Positions 12,901-26,852 are shown, counted from the stretch's first letter. The stretch is DNA of 64,000 bases from Octopus vulgaris (GCA_951406725.2 OX597824.1:34410001-34474000); one strand, 5' to 3'. The notes: generated from the letters alone by a model not told the origin. Program-made: numbers and translations.

Positions 12901-13349
12901 GGCAAGACTTCCTGTTGTACCCACCAAAAAACACCCCTTTTTTTTTTTTTTTTTTTTTTTACAGAAACCCCCGTTTTCAGCTACAGAGAATACAAATCTG
13001 CAAAAAATTGGCTTTCTCAACTTACCCCCCCACCCCCAATCTCTTCATTTTAAACTTTTTTTCACAAATTTTTTTTCAAAATATGCAAAAAAATACGGAG
13101 ATTATGATATGCTTCTGAAAAAAATATTTTTAATTTTTGTAAAATTTTTTATCAGAAATTTTTTTTTTGTCAAAATATGCAGAAAAAAACAGATTATGAT
13201 TCTGAAACAAATTTCCAAAAATTTTACTACTTAGGGTTAGGATTTTAAGGTTAGAGGGTTAGGGTTAGGGTTTTGGGTTCGGGTTATGGAAAGAAGTGCA
13301 CCAAAAAACAATAAGTTGTGAGAAAATGGGGTGGCAGGAGGAAGTCTTT
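12901..13349. mobile_element. MITE family 2 (G[G/A]CAAGACTTCC TIR) with degenerate TTAGGG tract
   Basis: ggcaagacttcc...ggaagtcttt; homologous to 17191-17727 and 62454-62949; ttagggttagg tract at about 13231-13285. Confidence 0.7.
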
Positions 13350-14216
13350 AAAAAAATCCATTTTTCTAAAAGTTATGAGGGAAAACATCGGATCTCGTGA
13401 ATTTACTGAAGGCCTCTCTCCACCTCCCATTGCTTTCCGGGCATTTTTGTTTTCATATTCGTTTCCTATACTTTTTTTGACACCCGTTGCACTATTTTTT
13501 TTTTTTTCAATTTCATTTCCGAGTAATAATGTTAACATTAACCAAAAATTATATTAGTAAATGTTTTTCTCTTACACAAACATGCAAAACTCGATACTGG
13601 AAAGTGTTGGAATTTTTTTTTATTGGATAATTGTATTAATTCCATTGTAAAAACCAAGAATGAAAAAAAAAATCGAAAAGCAGTGGAAAGTTTTTGAATT
13701 AACTGGGTAGTGGGGAAATATTTAAAAATAATTTTTTTTTATTGGATAATCATATTAATTCCATTATGCAGATGACAAAATCGAAAAAATTTTGTGAAAA
13801 TTCTTAAAATTATGGAAGTTATGAGGGGTTTGAGTATGTGTTTCGATCAAAACCCCGCCAAAAAATCAGAACTGTAATTTTGCATGTGCACACAGCAAGA
13901 AATAACATAATTCGTACTGAAGTTTTACCTAGAGTGTGTGTGTGTGTGTGTGTGCGCGCAAAAGAAGTTATTTTTACATACCTTTCTTAATTCCAAAATA
14001 GGAAAAACTTGAACAATACTTTCAAAATATGTACACATAAATATTGTATTAAAATAAGTCATCTTTACAGACCACGTTTTCAATTATCAATATAATTGAT
14101 AGCATAGTATGTATAAAATGAAATTAAATCCAGGTTTAGTCACAGGTAAAGTTTTAACATTTTTGTGACAACTTAGTGTCTCCATACATTCAAATGAAAC
14201 AGTTAAAGAAAGAGAT

Positions 14217-14628
14217 CTTTATCTTTTATCTTTTACTTGTTTCAGTCATTTGACTGCGGCCATGCTGGAGCACCGCCTTTAGTCGAGCAAATCGACCCCG
14301 GGACTTATTCTTTGTAAGCCCAGTACTTATTCTATCGGTCTCTTTTGCCGAACCGCTAAGTGACGGGGACGTAAACACACCAGCATCGGTTGTCAAGCAA
14401 TGCTAGGGGGACAAACACACAAACACACACACATACACACACACATATATATATATACATATATACGACAGGCTTCTTTCAGTTTCCGTCTACCAAATCC
14501 ACTCACAAGGCATTGGTCGGCCCGGGGCTATAGCAGAAGACACTTGCCCAAGATGCCACACAGTGGGACTGAACCCGGAGCCATGTGGTTGGTTAGCAAG
14601 CTACTTACCACACAGCCACTCCTGCGCC
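14217..14628 (-). mobile_element. Full-length tRNA-derived SINE family A (CORE-like)
   Basis: Minus strand begins GGCGCAGGAGTGGCTGTGTGGT (A box), GGTTCAGTCCC (B box), CTTGGGCAAGT core-like motif, tail AAACAAGTAAAAGATAAAAG. Confidence 0.9.
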
Positions 14629-14967
14629 ATTCTCTCTTAGAAAGAGAAATTAATTTTGGTATTGATAGAAATGCAGAAAAAACCAGAAGCAGTCAAAATG
14701 GGAGAACGTGTTTGTGGGGTGGGGGGACAAATCCTAATCTCCGATATTGAAAACAGGAATTTGAAGAAATTTTTAGGGGGAAAAAAAGTGGGGGTGGGGT
14801 GCAAATGTCAAAAACTAATTTCTCTTCCAAAGAGAGAGTGACATTATCTCTTTCTTTCACATTTTTATTAGAATGTATGGAGACACTATGTTGTCACAAA
14901 ATGTTAAAACTTCACTAACTTGATCGATTTGTGACGAATCCTGGATTTAATTTCATTTTATACACAC

Positions 14968-15352
14968 TTATTTCTTTATTGCCCACAAGGGGCTAAACAT
15001 AGAGGGGGACAAACAAAGACAGACAAAGGGATTAAGTGAATTACATCGACCCCAGTACCTAACTGGTAATTAATTTATCGACCCTGAAAGGATGAAAGGC
15101 AAAGCCGACCTCTTCGGAATTTGAACTCAGAACGCAACGACAGACGAAATACTTATTTCTTTACTACCCACAAGGGGCTAAATACCGAGGGGACAAACAA
15201 GGACAGACAACGGATTAAGTCGATTACATCGATTTCAGCGCATAACTGGTACTTAAATTATCGACCCCGAAAGGATGAAATTTGAACTCAGAACACAAAG
15301 ACAGACGAAATAGCGCTAGGCATTTCGCCCAGCGTGCTAACGTTTCTGCCAT
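14968..15352 (-). mobile_element. Family B SINE head-to-tail dimer
   Basis: Two units joined at cagacgaaatac|ttatttctttactacc, the same junction as in the 35-36 kb array. Confidence 0.85.
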
Positions 15353-15995
15353 GTCGCAACATGGTCTGTAAAGATAACTTATTTTAATACCATATTTATG
15401 TGTGCTTTTTCATAAATGTTTCTCTTGCCTTGTCACCCCTACAAATACCCACACAGAGTTACTTCTTGGGGGGGGGGGGAGCTTAACAATCATGGCTGAA
15501 GTACAATTTTGGAAGTATTGTTCAAGTTTTTCTTATTTTGAAGTTAAGAAAGGTAACTAAAAATAACTTTTTTTGCACACACACACACACACACACACAC
15601 TAGGTAAAAACTTCAGTACGAATTATGAGAATACCTTGAATTATACTACTTCTTGCTGAAAGTAGTATAATGAAACTTTTTTTTTTATTTTGTGATTCGT
15701 GTTTGTGATGAGCGTATTTAAAAACCTGATCTTCGATATAAACTTGAAAGGAAGTTTTTTTTCAGAAATCGTGTCGTTTAGCTGTTGTTTCTAGCATGTA
15801 ACATTGCGGAGGGAACATTTGCGCTACCCAAATTTTTTTCCTTCCACCTCTCCACTTTTACAAAGATAAAAACTCCGAATGTTTCACTTTTAGCGTAGAA
15901 TTCTACGCACGCGTGAAACATTCGGAGAGGTGATGGATGGAGGAAGGGTCATTGAGTGTTTCTTTTTAAGAAAGATTAAAAGTTTTTATAAAAAA

Positions 15996-16081
15996 GGCGA
16001 AGTTAAAGAATAAGCACACCTGGTATTTAAGGGTTTAGGGTTACGCCGAAAACGGGTGGTGTGGTATTCTTTACCTCCACT
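15996..16081. mobile_element. MITE family 3, minimal copy (about 86 bp) with a TTAGGG core
   Basis: ggcgaagttaaagaataagcacacc...ggtgtggtattctttacctccac; homologous to the host MITE at 57462-58898. Confidence 0.7.
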
Positions 16082-16733
16082 AAAAAAAAAAAAACATTTC
16101 CAGATTCGTAATCTCTGTATTTTTTCTAGATGGATAAAAAAAATAATTTGAAAAAAAAAAGTTCAAAATTACTAAATTGGAGTGGGGAGCTGAGAAATTG
16201 AAATTTTGAAAACGTGATTTGGGGGCAAAATCGTATTTTCCTATATTGAAAACATACAAATCCGAAGAAATTTTGAGAGAAAAAAAAGTCGGTAATGGGT
16301 GGTGACAAGCGCTTTATTTTCGCCATAAACTCATTCACACTGAAACACACGCACACTACTCGGAAAGCTGCTTAAAATGATCATTGTAACTGAATATGAA
16401 ACCTGTTGACTGCTTACGCCATTACTTCAAACCTTTCTTATTTTAACTTTCTAGTAATTAACAACCTAAGAAAGAAAACGGCTTGCGTATTTTCCTTGTT
16501 CGTAAAAGACTTCATAAACAGTAATTATGAGAAGAGACGATTAGATTCGATTTTGAAATGATATTGTTCCACAATAACTGTGCACAAAGTGGACATCACA
16601 AACAATGACTTTCTATTAAACATGTTTGTTATAACACCTAATAATTTAACTAGTTGATCAATTTAATTATTAAAGTAGTTTAATTATAAAGAATAGGATT
16701 GTAATAATGGATTAAAAGAGTTAAAGTACTTAC

Positions 16734-16820
16734 ATTGTGATTTTTGGGACACGGAAGTAAACAATCAGCTTTAGTCTGCCCAAAGTTAAGCAATATGATG
16801 TAAACAATGATAAAGACCAT
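16734..16820 (-). CDS. Putative first coding exon (signal peptide) of a secreted or cell-surface protein gene
   Basis: ATG-MVFIIVYIILLNFGQTKADCLLPCPKNHN followed by a consensus gtaagt donor, phase 0; unique non-repeat context. Confidence 0.6.
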
Positions 16821-17190
16821 CTTCGGCTAATTTCTAATTAAAAAGGAGTATATTGTAAAGTTTTTCATACATCTAGTGGGAATTGTTAATTGTGATAGTA
16901 TATTATTATTGTTGTAGTTGAAGGAGACGAGTTACTGGAAACAAATTAGAGCAGTCTGAAAAAATTTTTCAACGTCACTAGATTATATCCGGTATTGTGG
17001 GCTGATACAATGTAAACATTTCACAATTACTGATGAAACAGTCTTAATAGTTCACTACTATACTTTGTCGTGTTAGTCACGTTGTGTAAAGTAACGTTTC
17101 GCTTTTTCAAGCATGAACATTTTTTACAGCTTCACAAACAAAAAAATGATAACAATATTGATAGGATTCTAGTATTTTGCTAGAAAACAA

Positions 17191-17727
17191 GACAAGACTT
17201 CCAATTGTACCCCCAAAAAAACACACCCCTTTTTTTTTTTTTTTTTTTTACACAAAACCCTGTTTTCGGCTACGGGGAATATGAATCTGCTAAAAAAAAA
17301 TCAGCAAAAATCGGCATTTTGAAATTACCCCTACCCCCTTCTCAAATCCTTCGTTTTTAACTTTTTTCACAATTTTTTTTTTTTTTTCCAAAATATGCGG
17401 AAAAATAAGGATATTATGATTCTGAAAAAAATTTCAAAAAATTTTTCTGCTGAGGTTTAGGGTTAGGGTTAGGGTTGGTGTTTTGGTAAATGAAAATTTA
17501 CTGGTGTTTTAAGGTTGGGGTTTTAGGGTTACGGTTACGGAAAAAACTGAAAACTGAAAAATTTGGAGGCGGGGTGGAGTAAGGGGGTGCAAGAAATTTC
17601 CAAATTCAGATTTTTGGCAATTTTCCGGAATCTCCGTATCCGAAATGGTGGGTTTGGGGCAAAAAAATTTTTAAAAAACAATAATTTGCAAGAAAATAGG
17701 GGGGGGGGGGCGGGAGGAATTCTTTCC
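17191..17727. mobile_element. MITE family 2 with TTAGGG tract
   Basis: gacaagacttcc...ggaattctttcc; flanks gaaaacaa/caaaacaa (7/8); telomeric-like tract at about 17452-17537. Confidence 0.75.
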
Positions 17728-18149
17728 CAAAACAAATATTATTATGGTAATAAGGGTTTTAAATTGCAATGATAATTTTTGGATAAAGGAAATATTGTTC
17801 TGGTATACGATGGAGAGAAGCTTTGACCAGTGCTCATCTGTCACGCTGGTCGTAAGGTTAATTTACAAATCAAAGTAGTTCTATATTAAACTTACGTAAT
17901 TAATAGATGCATAATGCAGTTTTCTGAAAGCTAATAAATACTGGTGGCAAATGCCCAGGAAATTTGAAAATGGTATGTTGTACAATTAATGTTAGCAATC
18001 ATCTCAGAAGTACAAACTCTCTGTAGAGTTCAATAATTTCTTTCTATGTAGTTCCATTCAACATGCGAATGGTATATTCAAGTGAGTTTATGCTGTATAA
18101 TGTAACATTTATAGCAAGCTACTTGTGTATTGTTTAAAACAAGAAGAAG

Positions 18150-21100
18150 CTATGAGGATTGCTACTAGTCACTAGATCAACCTTTGACCTCTCATTCTCC
18201 ACCAGCTTCGGTATGCTCGAGAGAAGCTACCTCACTCCACCAAGGGTTCCTAGCAGAATTAGTCCTGCCAACCCCACCACTCCTACAACTTTTGACCTTC
18301 CCCCCACACCACCTGACATCCGTTCTAGTCCACCATTGCAACCAATACTGCTTGCCCTGCCTCCTCTCTTAATTCACTTCCTCGACTGAGTTCTTATGCT
18401 GGCCCTCTACTGTCGGCCAATGCTAGCTCACCACCTGACTGTGCTCTCTGTGCTTGCGCTAGCCAATACCTATAAACAATTGTCATCTATGCCACCAAAA
18501 TTACCACAGAAGTTATGTCTGCATCACCAAGGCTCAAGCCGAAAGGCTTCCATACAGGACCTGCAGTCAGTGCCACTTCAACTCCAATGCTCTCCGTGGA
18601 GATGCCCCACACTGCAGCAACCAGTTCGCTACTGAGAACTTTGCTGCAATCTTCCAGGGTTTATCCAAATCGAAGCTCATTAATCAGATCCTTAATGAAG
18701 CCCAGAATAGCTTTGCTCATGCGCTCTTCAGCTTGTTGAAAAACGTATGTTTATTCAACAGTACGTCCGACTGACAGAAACTGTTTCTGTTCCCTTTCAT
18801 CTCTCTCCACATGCACGATCTGAAATCAGGCTGCCTTACATCCTCTCTCAAGCAACAATTCCAGTTATTTGAGTCTGCCCCGACCACTTCTCACCTCAAT
18901 TTAACATCAAGCACGGTTCCTACCAACAGGCAACATCAGTGTGCAGTCAATGCCAAATTCAGCAAATTTCACATAAAAGGGGCTATCCGTCTCCTCTCTT
19001 CTCTATCCTCCCTCTGTGTAACTCTGAGTCTCTTAAATGTCTGAAAGAGCAGCACCCAACAGCATCCCCAGATAATCAGCTAAACTGGCCTGATCCCCCA
19101 GAATACTTGAGACTGGTCTTCACTTCTGATAACATTAGAAAGGCGATTTCATCCTATTCTGCTGGTTCAGGTGCAGGAATTGACAGCCTTCAGCTTCAAC
19201 ACCTCAAGGATATTTCCTTATTGGCCGGTGATGCTGGACTCGAGCTCTTGGACAATTTGACTCAGTTTGTGATCCAGTTCTTTTCAGTGAACATTCTCCC
19301 CTATATCCGCCCACTGTTCTTCAGTGCAAAATTATTCAGGATCACTAAACCATATGGATACCTGCACCTCATTTTAGTTGACTGCACCCTTCACTGTCTC
19401 ACCGCAAAGGTGTGTTTACAATCTGTCTCTAACCTATTGGAGGAGGAATTTTCCTCCACCCAGCTAGGAGTGGGCACCAAATTTGGATGTGAGGCTGCTG
19501 CCCATGCTACCAGAGCCTATGCCAACTTGCCCTCCTTGTCTCTCAAGGTCATTCTCAAACTTAACCTCAACTATGCATTCAACTCTGTCAGCCATGATGC
19601 TGTCTTCAGCTCAGCAAGAGAAAGGTTCCCACAACTCTACCGCTCTGCATGGCAGGCTTATCAAGAGCCCTCCTACCTCTCTTTTGGTGACCAAATCATC
19701 ACCTCTGCCTTAGGAGTCTGACAGGGTGACCCACTTGGGGCTACTCTGTTTGCACTGGGCATTGATGACATCACTAAGATGGGGGTCAAGCTAGACCGGT
19801 ATCTCAATGACGCTTGTTTGGTAGGACCTCCAGACAGGGTTCTCGCCATTGCAGACATGATGGTTGGGGAGCTTGGTCATCAGGGTCTCCAAGTAAACAG
19901 CTTCAAATGCGAGCTCTGGATCTTCAGCCACCTAGCTTCTCAACATCAACAAACAATAGACCTATTTGCAGCATCCTTCCCTTCCATTGTAGTCCTTCCC
20001 TCATCGGCTTGGTGCTCCTTTGGAGCCCCAATTACTGACCTTGCCTTTGAGTCCATCTTCCAGTCAAAGGTGGCTGCCCTTGAGCAGTTGCTGAAGAATA
20101 TTGAAGCAATCGAACCCCATCAAGGTTTCTTCATACTTAGAAATTACCTTTCGATCTCTAAGCTTCTATATTTGCTCAGAGTCAGTTCCTCTCACCGATT
20201 CCTATATTGTCTCTGACTCTTTGACAATCAAATCTTCAAGAGACTCCAATGCCTGGTCAATGTCAGACTCTCTCCAACATCAGACGATCAGTCTGCATTG
20301 TCCAAGCAAGTTGCGGGTCTTGGTCTTTGTAATTGTTTGTCCCTCTCTCTTCCCTGCTTCCTTTCCTCCATTCACGCCTGCTCCACCCTGGTGAGCAACA
20401 TCCTCTCCTCTCCAACATGGACCAGTTCCAACAGGGAGTTGGATGAAGCTCTCCAACACTGGAGTGAATTGGGCTTGTCTGCTCCTGAGAAGGTGGAGGG
20501 CTGTCTGAGTCAGAGAGCTTGGGACAACATAATTCCGAAGGCCACTTTCAACTCCTTCTTCATCCAGTCGGACCAGTTTTCAAGGTGCCGCTTACTGTCT
20601 GCTAGTGCCAAATACTCAGGTGACTGGATTGATGCCATCCTTGTTGCTAATGTTGGTGGCCTACCCAGCTTGAACGAACTTCGTGTCTCCATTGCCCTCA
20701 GAGTGGGAGCTGACATATGCATGGGTTTGAGCTGTTGTTGTGGCAGGCTCCTCGACTCCACGAGCCTCCAGGGTTTTTCTTGCCACCTGAATGCTGGTCA
20801 CATCATGTGTAATACAGAGTTAAACCTTATGCTCAAGAGGAGCTTGGCCCAGGCAAACATCCCCTCCATCTTGGAACCATCTGGGTTGTCCAGATGTGGT
20901 GGGAAAAGACCTAACAGCTTCACCATGTGCCCCTAGTCAAGAGGCAGATGCCTTGTCTGGGACATCACAGTTAGCGACTCCTTTGCTTCTTCTCACATCC
21001 TGGATGCTGCAGCCAAGGCGAGATTCACAGCTTCAGTGACCAAGCGGAACAAAATTCTAAAGTACTGCAATCTGTCGGCCAACTACATTTTCCATCCTGT

Positions 21101-21300
21101 AGCATTCAAGATGTTTGGTGGGGTCAGACCACTGACTGTAAGATTCCTGTCTTCACTGGCAGCTCACCTAGCTGAGGTAACTGGTGAAACTCATGAGGGC
21201 ACTTGGTTGTTCTAGTGCATCAGTCTCGCCATCACCCATGGCAACACTGCAAGTGTGCTGGTGTACCTCAATAGTCATTAACAAAGTTTCCCAGTTTCCC
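18150..21300 (+). mobile_element. CRE-clade-like non-LTR retrotransposon (RT plus restriction-like endonuclease), pseudogenised
   Basis: SGAGIDSL..QHLKD, QLGVGTKFGCEAAAHATR, AFNSVSH, GV*QGDPLG, YL(N)D, C-terminal CCCG zinc-finger remnant and LEPSGLSR.GGKRP..WD nuclease motif; many stops and frameshifts. Confidence 0.85.
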
Positions 21301-21682
21301 CAAATTTTCAACCTAAGGTGGTGAATTGTCTTTGTTTTTCTTCTCGGTTTTTTTTTTTTTTTGTGTTTACTGTTTTGTAATTTTTTCAATTGTGTTCTCT
21401 GTTTCATCCGTTTTTCTAATTTAATTTTTTTCTTTCTAATTTGTCATATTTCACATCAAATTCCGCAATCTGTGGAAAAATTTTTTTAAAAATAATAATA
21501 ATAAAATTTCGATATTTTCACCAGCAACAAAGACAGGCAAGGTGGAATCCTTCTTTAGAAAGTTTTAAACTTGCCCAATACAATGGTGAGCAAAGAAAAG
21601 TTGCATATGTACAAATGTTATTATCTTTTCTTTAATAAAATGGAGGAGGTGCAAAATTTTCTTTAACATTTGGGTTGAGTGA

Positions 21683-21835
21683 AGGCGGTGAGCTGGCAGA
21701 ATTGTTAGCATGCCAGGCATTTCGTCTGTCTTTTCAGGGTCGATAAAATAGGTACCAGCTGAACACTGGGGTCAATGTAATCAACTTACCCCTCCTCTGA
21801 AAGTACTGGCCTTGTGCAAAAATTTGAAACCATTA
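21683..21835 (+). mobile_element. Family B SINE, internally deleted
   Basis: ggcggtgagctggcagaa head; gggtcgataaaataggtaccag. Confidence 0.75.
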
Positions 21836-24800
21836 TTTGGGTTAAGGGGCAAATTGCCTCTTTGCAAACTTAATCTATGGATGACAACAAACTGCTTTTC
21901 AGCTATGTATTCATTCTTTTAAATGTTCCATGATTTTGGTCATTAAGTATCACTTTTCTATTCTCTTCTAAGGCAGAAGATTCGATCATTGTAGACCCAA
22001 AGTAAAACCTAACAGTTTTTCAAAATCTGATGACAACAAACGCTTCATTTCAAACGCTAAAACCTGTAAATTAAGGAATTTAATTTTAATTTTAAAAAAG
22101 TCACTTACCACATCTCTGGCAAACTGGGCAATGCTACACATCTTTACATACAAAACAACTCCCTCCACTAACTTTATTTCCTTTTAACTTTCTTAATAGT
22201 GCATATTTTTTGTAATAATCTTCAGATAAGTTTTAAGAGATATACATTGAATTCCTTGCACATGATTATTCCATTTTTTGTCTTGCTTCATAAAATTAGT
22301 CATTTTAAGTTTAACAAAAAGAGAAAAGGTTTTCTCTGCCATTAATTGACCTAGGCTACCTGTCTTAATATTGAGAGAAAGAAAACTATTTGTGTGTTCC
22401 CAATATAAAAAAATTCAAACATTTTTGATAGATAGTCAGCAGATGCATGAAACACTCCTAAATGAAAATAGTGACATACAGCTAAAATAAGTAAAAATAT
22501 TTCAACTTAAGGCTTTTAATATACATCATTGCTAAACCCAAACATGGCTCTAATGTTTTATAATGTCTACAAGTTCGTTAATAATTTTTTTTTCCTAATT
22601 AATTAAAAATTTTAAGGTTCCCCAATAACGTTAACATTACAATTAGTGAATTCCACCAAACTAAGATCTGTAACATGATGCTTTTATGTTTTTCTTGAAA
22701 ATATATTATTGCCATCCTGAGTATTTTTACAAGATGGATTTAGAAACGTTCACACAAAGGCTGCAGAAAAGAAGTGGTGCTTAGAAACAGAGCATTTTCC
22801 GAAAATTTCTGATTAGGATTGAATTAAATACTATATTTCTGGTTTAAAGGATGCAATCATTTAGTTATTTCTGATGAATAAGTGATAAATGGCAGCAGTT
22901 GAGAGGGAGTATCATTTTTGTTAAACCAGCTCACACTTATGAAACCTAATACAACTTGATAAACCAGGGTAAGAATGGACAAAAGGGGTCTTTAGGAGAA
23001 AACTCGTGTTGGATATGTGTTATGAGTGATGTGGATGTTTGAAATGCTGGAATTGTTTCAGATATTGGAATTCTATCACAGGCCAAGAAAAGAAGTGAAG
23101 AAAGTTTGTTGTTTTATTCCAGGTTGTGATAGCTGTATTAATGTTACCATTAATGATAGCTGTATTAACGTTACCATCCCACTGCCACTCTACATTTGTC
23201 GCTTACACAATGCTGTTCCCTGATATCAGCCACACTCACTATGCCGCCTTATTTCTCTCACACTAACACTATTTGCACCCTTCTCATTTTATCAAATAAT
23301 AGCCCAACCCCACTAGGGAGCCCATTATAGATTTTTATTGAAATCCAATTTGCATATAATTGAACTGGATGTTAGTTTAACATGTTTGCAAAGTTTCATC
23401 AAGATTGGTTCACTGGTATAGGCAGCAAGATGGTAACAGACAGATTGAGAGATTGAAATTGCCATTTATGTATAAGATTTCAATTGAAGATCAAGATCAA
23501 AGTTCAATGAATTTGAAGTTTCTACAAGTTTAGTAATCTGGGTAGTCGAAACATCTGCTGTATCAGAGCAGCTTCTAAGACACCAATATCAGCTGATTCA
23601 CTGACAGAAAGGTTCTGAAGCTTATAGACTTTGCATTGCATGGCCCAGTGTTTTGGATGAACACTGCATTGAAGCCATTTGTTCGTATTACTTCTGATAA
23701 AGATGATAAAAATCTCCCTATTATAAGCAAAATTGGAGTAATATATAATGTTCAAATCAGAAGGTTTTTCCTACTTAGAAAATGATCTGGAACTTTCCTT
23801 GGACTCAAGCATTAATAATACTTTACTAGCTTCAAACAGGGATTTTCACTTTAGGATGTTTCTTACAGATATTATATGATACATCTGGACAAGTCTGAGC
23901 AAGATAACATCATTCAATCCGCAATTCTTTTTCTGTTTTTTATAATTTACCAATTCCATCTCCTCTTCCATTATTATATTCAGCCAATGACAGTATTTTC
24001 CTTTGTGAATACTTTTGAGTATAGCATAAAAATAGCATAAAAACAGCCTAATCACTAAAAACCATAATAAAATATCCATACCTTATTAAATTCAATAGCA
24101 AGTATTTATAGAAAATGTATAATAATTTAAGTATTATGAGCTAAAAATTGTTATTTAACTTATTTAGCTTATTATAATCAGGACTGAAACCCGGTATTAG
24201 TTAAAAGAATAATTGTTGTTAAAAGGACATACTAATATATACTAATATTAAATTAAGAAGTATAATATAGATTTTAAAAGTTATTTGTGTTAATCCATAA
24301 ATGATATAATAGTTTCTTAGGGGTACTTAATTAGAAGGGCTGTTTGCATAAAGCCAATATAAATACCAAAATTAAGAGGACAGAACACTTTAAGAAAGGG
24401 ATAAAAAAAACTTAGTTACTAAAACTATCTTAAACAATATGTCATTATTGTATAAAGTTAAAATTTAGGGTTATCAGGAAGATTTATCATTGAGGTGAAA
24501 GAACAAATTTACTATAAATTAATTAAATTATAATTTAGACAATTTAATTTTAAGTTGTGAAGATACCTATATTGTTTTTTATAAGCTAAGTATGGATTTA
24601 TTAGGGGCACAAAAATTTAGGTTTGTCTAAAGGCAATTATGAAGTATTAAAATGATTGGGTAGGGTAGAAACACCATAAAAAAGGATATAAATCATGATG
24701 AAGTATATATACCAACTTAGTAACTTTAATAGAGAAGATTTATACAAAATATTTAATAATTCAAGTATTTAAAACTAAAAATTGTTTATTTACTTAATTA

Positions 24801-25144
24801 GCTTGTGTCTATAATCACTGATGCCAAGTATTAACTAAAGGAGAATTAATGCTATAGGGCATGCTACCTATGCACTGCTTTTAAATTAAGAGGTACATTA
24901 TAGGTTTTAAAACCCAAGATCAATAAAGTGCTACTTTCTAAAATATTTGAAGGTACGGGTGACACTATGTACGCATGATACCCAAAGGTCTAATCGATTA
25001 TTAATCAGGTTGCCATTATCCTTATGCTTAAAAATTTCATATGTTTCCATAGAGCAAAGCTCACACCTATATCTGCTATTTCTATAAGGCTGAGCTTTTT
25101 TTATTATTTCCCACTAGAGGCTAACCTCAATTACGCTTTCTAAA

Positions 25145-25436
25145 TACATAGTGAAAGTAATTGAAATTGAAAGCATATAATAGCGAAAGTATTATCTAAC
25201 ATTACAATAGAAATGCTATTGTTTCACTTTTGACACGTAATACCGAAGCAGTGTAAGAGATAAGAGATTGCTCTGGGTTCATATAAGGCAACAAGTTGAA
25301 AATTTTTGCCCATGACACTACATGGACCCTAAGTAAGGCAAGTGTAAAATTTGAACAAAATCAGTTGAGTAGTTCTCAAGTTTTAGGGATGCACACATAC
25401 AGACACACACACACACACATTCTCAGTTTTATATAT
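25145..25436 (+). mobile_element. Non-autonomous Helitron/Helentron-like repeat; inverted diverged copy at 26900-27152
   Basis: aaatttgaacaaaatcagttgagtagttctcaagttttag..acagacacac..ttttatatat; reverse-complement homolog at 26900-27152; similar end at 23390-23478. Confidence 0.5.
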
Positions 25437-25443
25437 ATGTATG

Positions 25444-25497
<54 letters not shown>

Positions 25498-25520
25498 TAT
25501 ATATATATATATTTATGTGT

Positions 25521-25560
<40 letters not shown>

Positions 25561-25572
25561 ATTTGTATATAA

Positions 25573-25619
<47 letters not shown>

Positions 25620-25826
25620 AATGCCAAAAAATGAAGAACAAACACACACAAACCAACAATGTGAGGATGTGGTACATGTAAAGCATTAGCAAATGCTCAG
25701 GGAAGGAAAGAAAAGTGGTTTTACATTTCGAGCGAAGCTCTGCTTCAGGAATAGAGGAAAGTCCAATAGAAAAGGAAGACAGAGGAAAAAACAACTGCCG
25801 ATTCACATGAGGTTACATTTTGAAAA

Positions 25827-25858
<32 letters not shown>

Positions 25859-25947
25859 TTATATATGTATATATATATGCATATATATATATATATATAT
25901 ATATAAGAATGTATATATATATGTATGCATGTATATATAATTAATTA

Positions 25948-26003
<56 letters not shown>

Positions 26004-26232
26004 TATATAGATATATGTATATATATGTATATGTATATATCTATATAGGTATGTATGTATGTATATCTATGTATATATACATATGTATGTATATATATAT
26101 ATATGTGTGTGTGTGTGTGCATATATATATACATATGTATATATACATATGTATGTATATATATGTGTATATATATATATGTATGTATATATATATATAT
26201 GTTTGTATATATGTATATATGTGTGTGTGTGT

Positions 26233-26852
26233 GTGAAAAAGTGCCACACCCTAGCGGTTGAGGGAACCTGTGGAAGAGGCAGACCCAGGAAAACCTGGGA
26301 CGAGGTGGTGAAGCACGACCTTCGAACTTTAGGTCTCAGTGAGGAAATGACTAGAGACCGAGACCTCTGGAAGTATGCTGTGCATGAGAAGACCCGGCAG
26401 GACAAGTGAGACCATAACCCGTGGCCTTCTACACGGGATGTAGCCAGTCCACTTATGCATACCTTCCCTTCTTGGGACTCAAAACTCTACTTGTGAAGAC
26501 CTGTTGAGGCAAGTGAGAATCAGGATCGAAATGGAAATTGCAGCTGAGATACCAGTGCCGGTGGCACGTAAGAGAACCATCCAAACGTGGCCATTGCCAG
26601 TGCCGCCCCGATGCCTCGTGCCGTGGCACGTAAAAAGCACCATCCGTTCGCGGCCATTTGCCAGACTCGTCTGGCACCTGTGCCGGTGTCACGTAAAAAG
26701 CACCCACTACACTCATGGAGTGGTTGGCGTTAGGAAGGGCATCCAGCTGTAGAAACATTGCCAGATCAGACTGGGCCTGATGCAGCCTTCTGGCTTCCCA
26801 GACCCCAGTTGAACCGTCCAACCCATGCTAGCATGGAAAGCAGATACTAAAC

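Larger units (their letters stand above)
13893..15658. mobile_element. Foldback element with about 310-bp inverted arms, interrupted by two SINE insertions
   Basis: 13906-14216 is the reverse complement of 14846-15627 once the SINE at 14968-15352 is removed (e.g. cataattcgtactgaagttttaccta / taggtaaaaacttcagtacgaattatg). Confidence 0.75.

Noticed and set aside
13231-13285. True telomere or chromosome fusion site
   Set aside because: Tracts are short, degenerate and enclosed in MITE TIRs
14560-14628. tRNA genes at SINE heads (also 36440, 39443, 53205)
   Set aside because: A/B boxes continue into SINE bodies; no complete cloverleaf
24100-25140. Mitochondrial insertion (NUMT)
   Set aside because: AT-rich, but I could not recognise any mitochondrial rRNA, tRNA or protein motif
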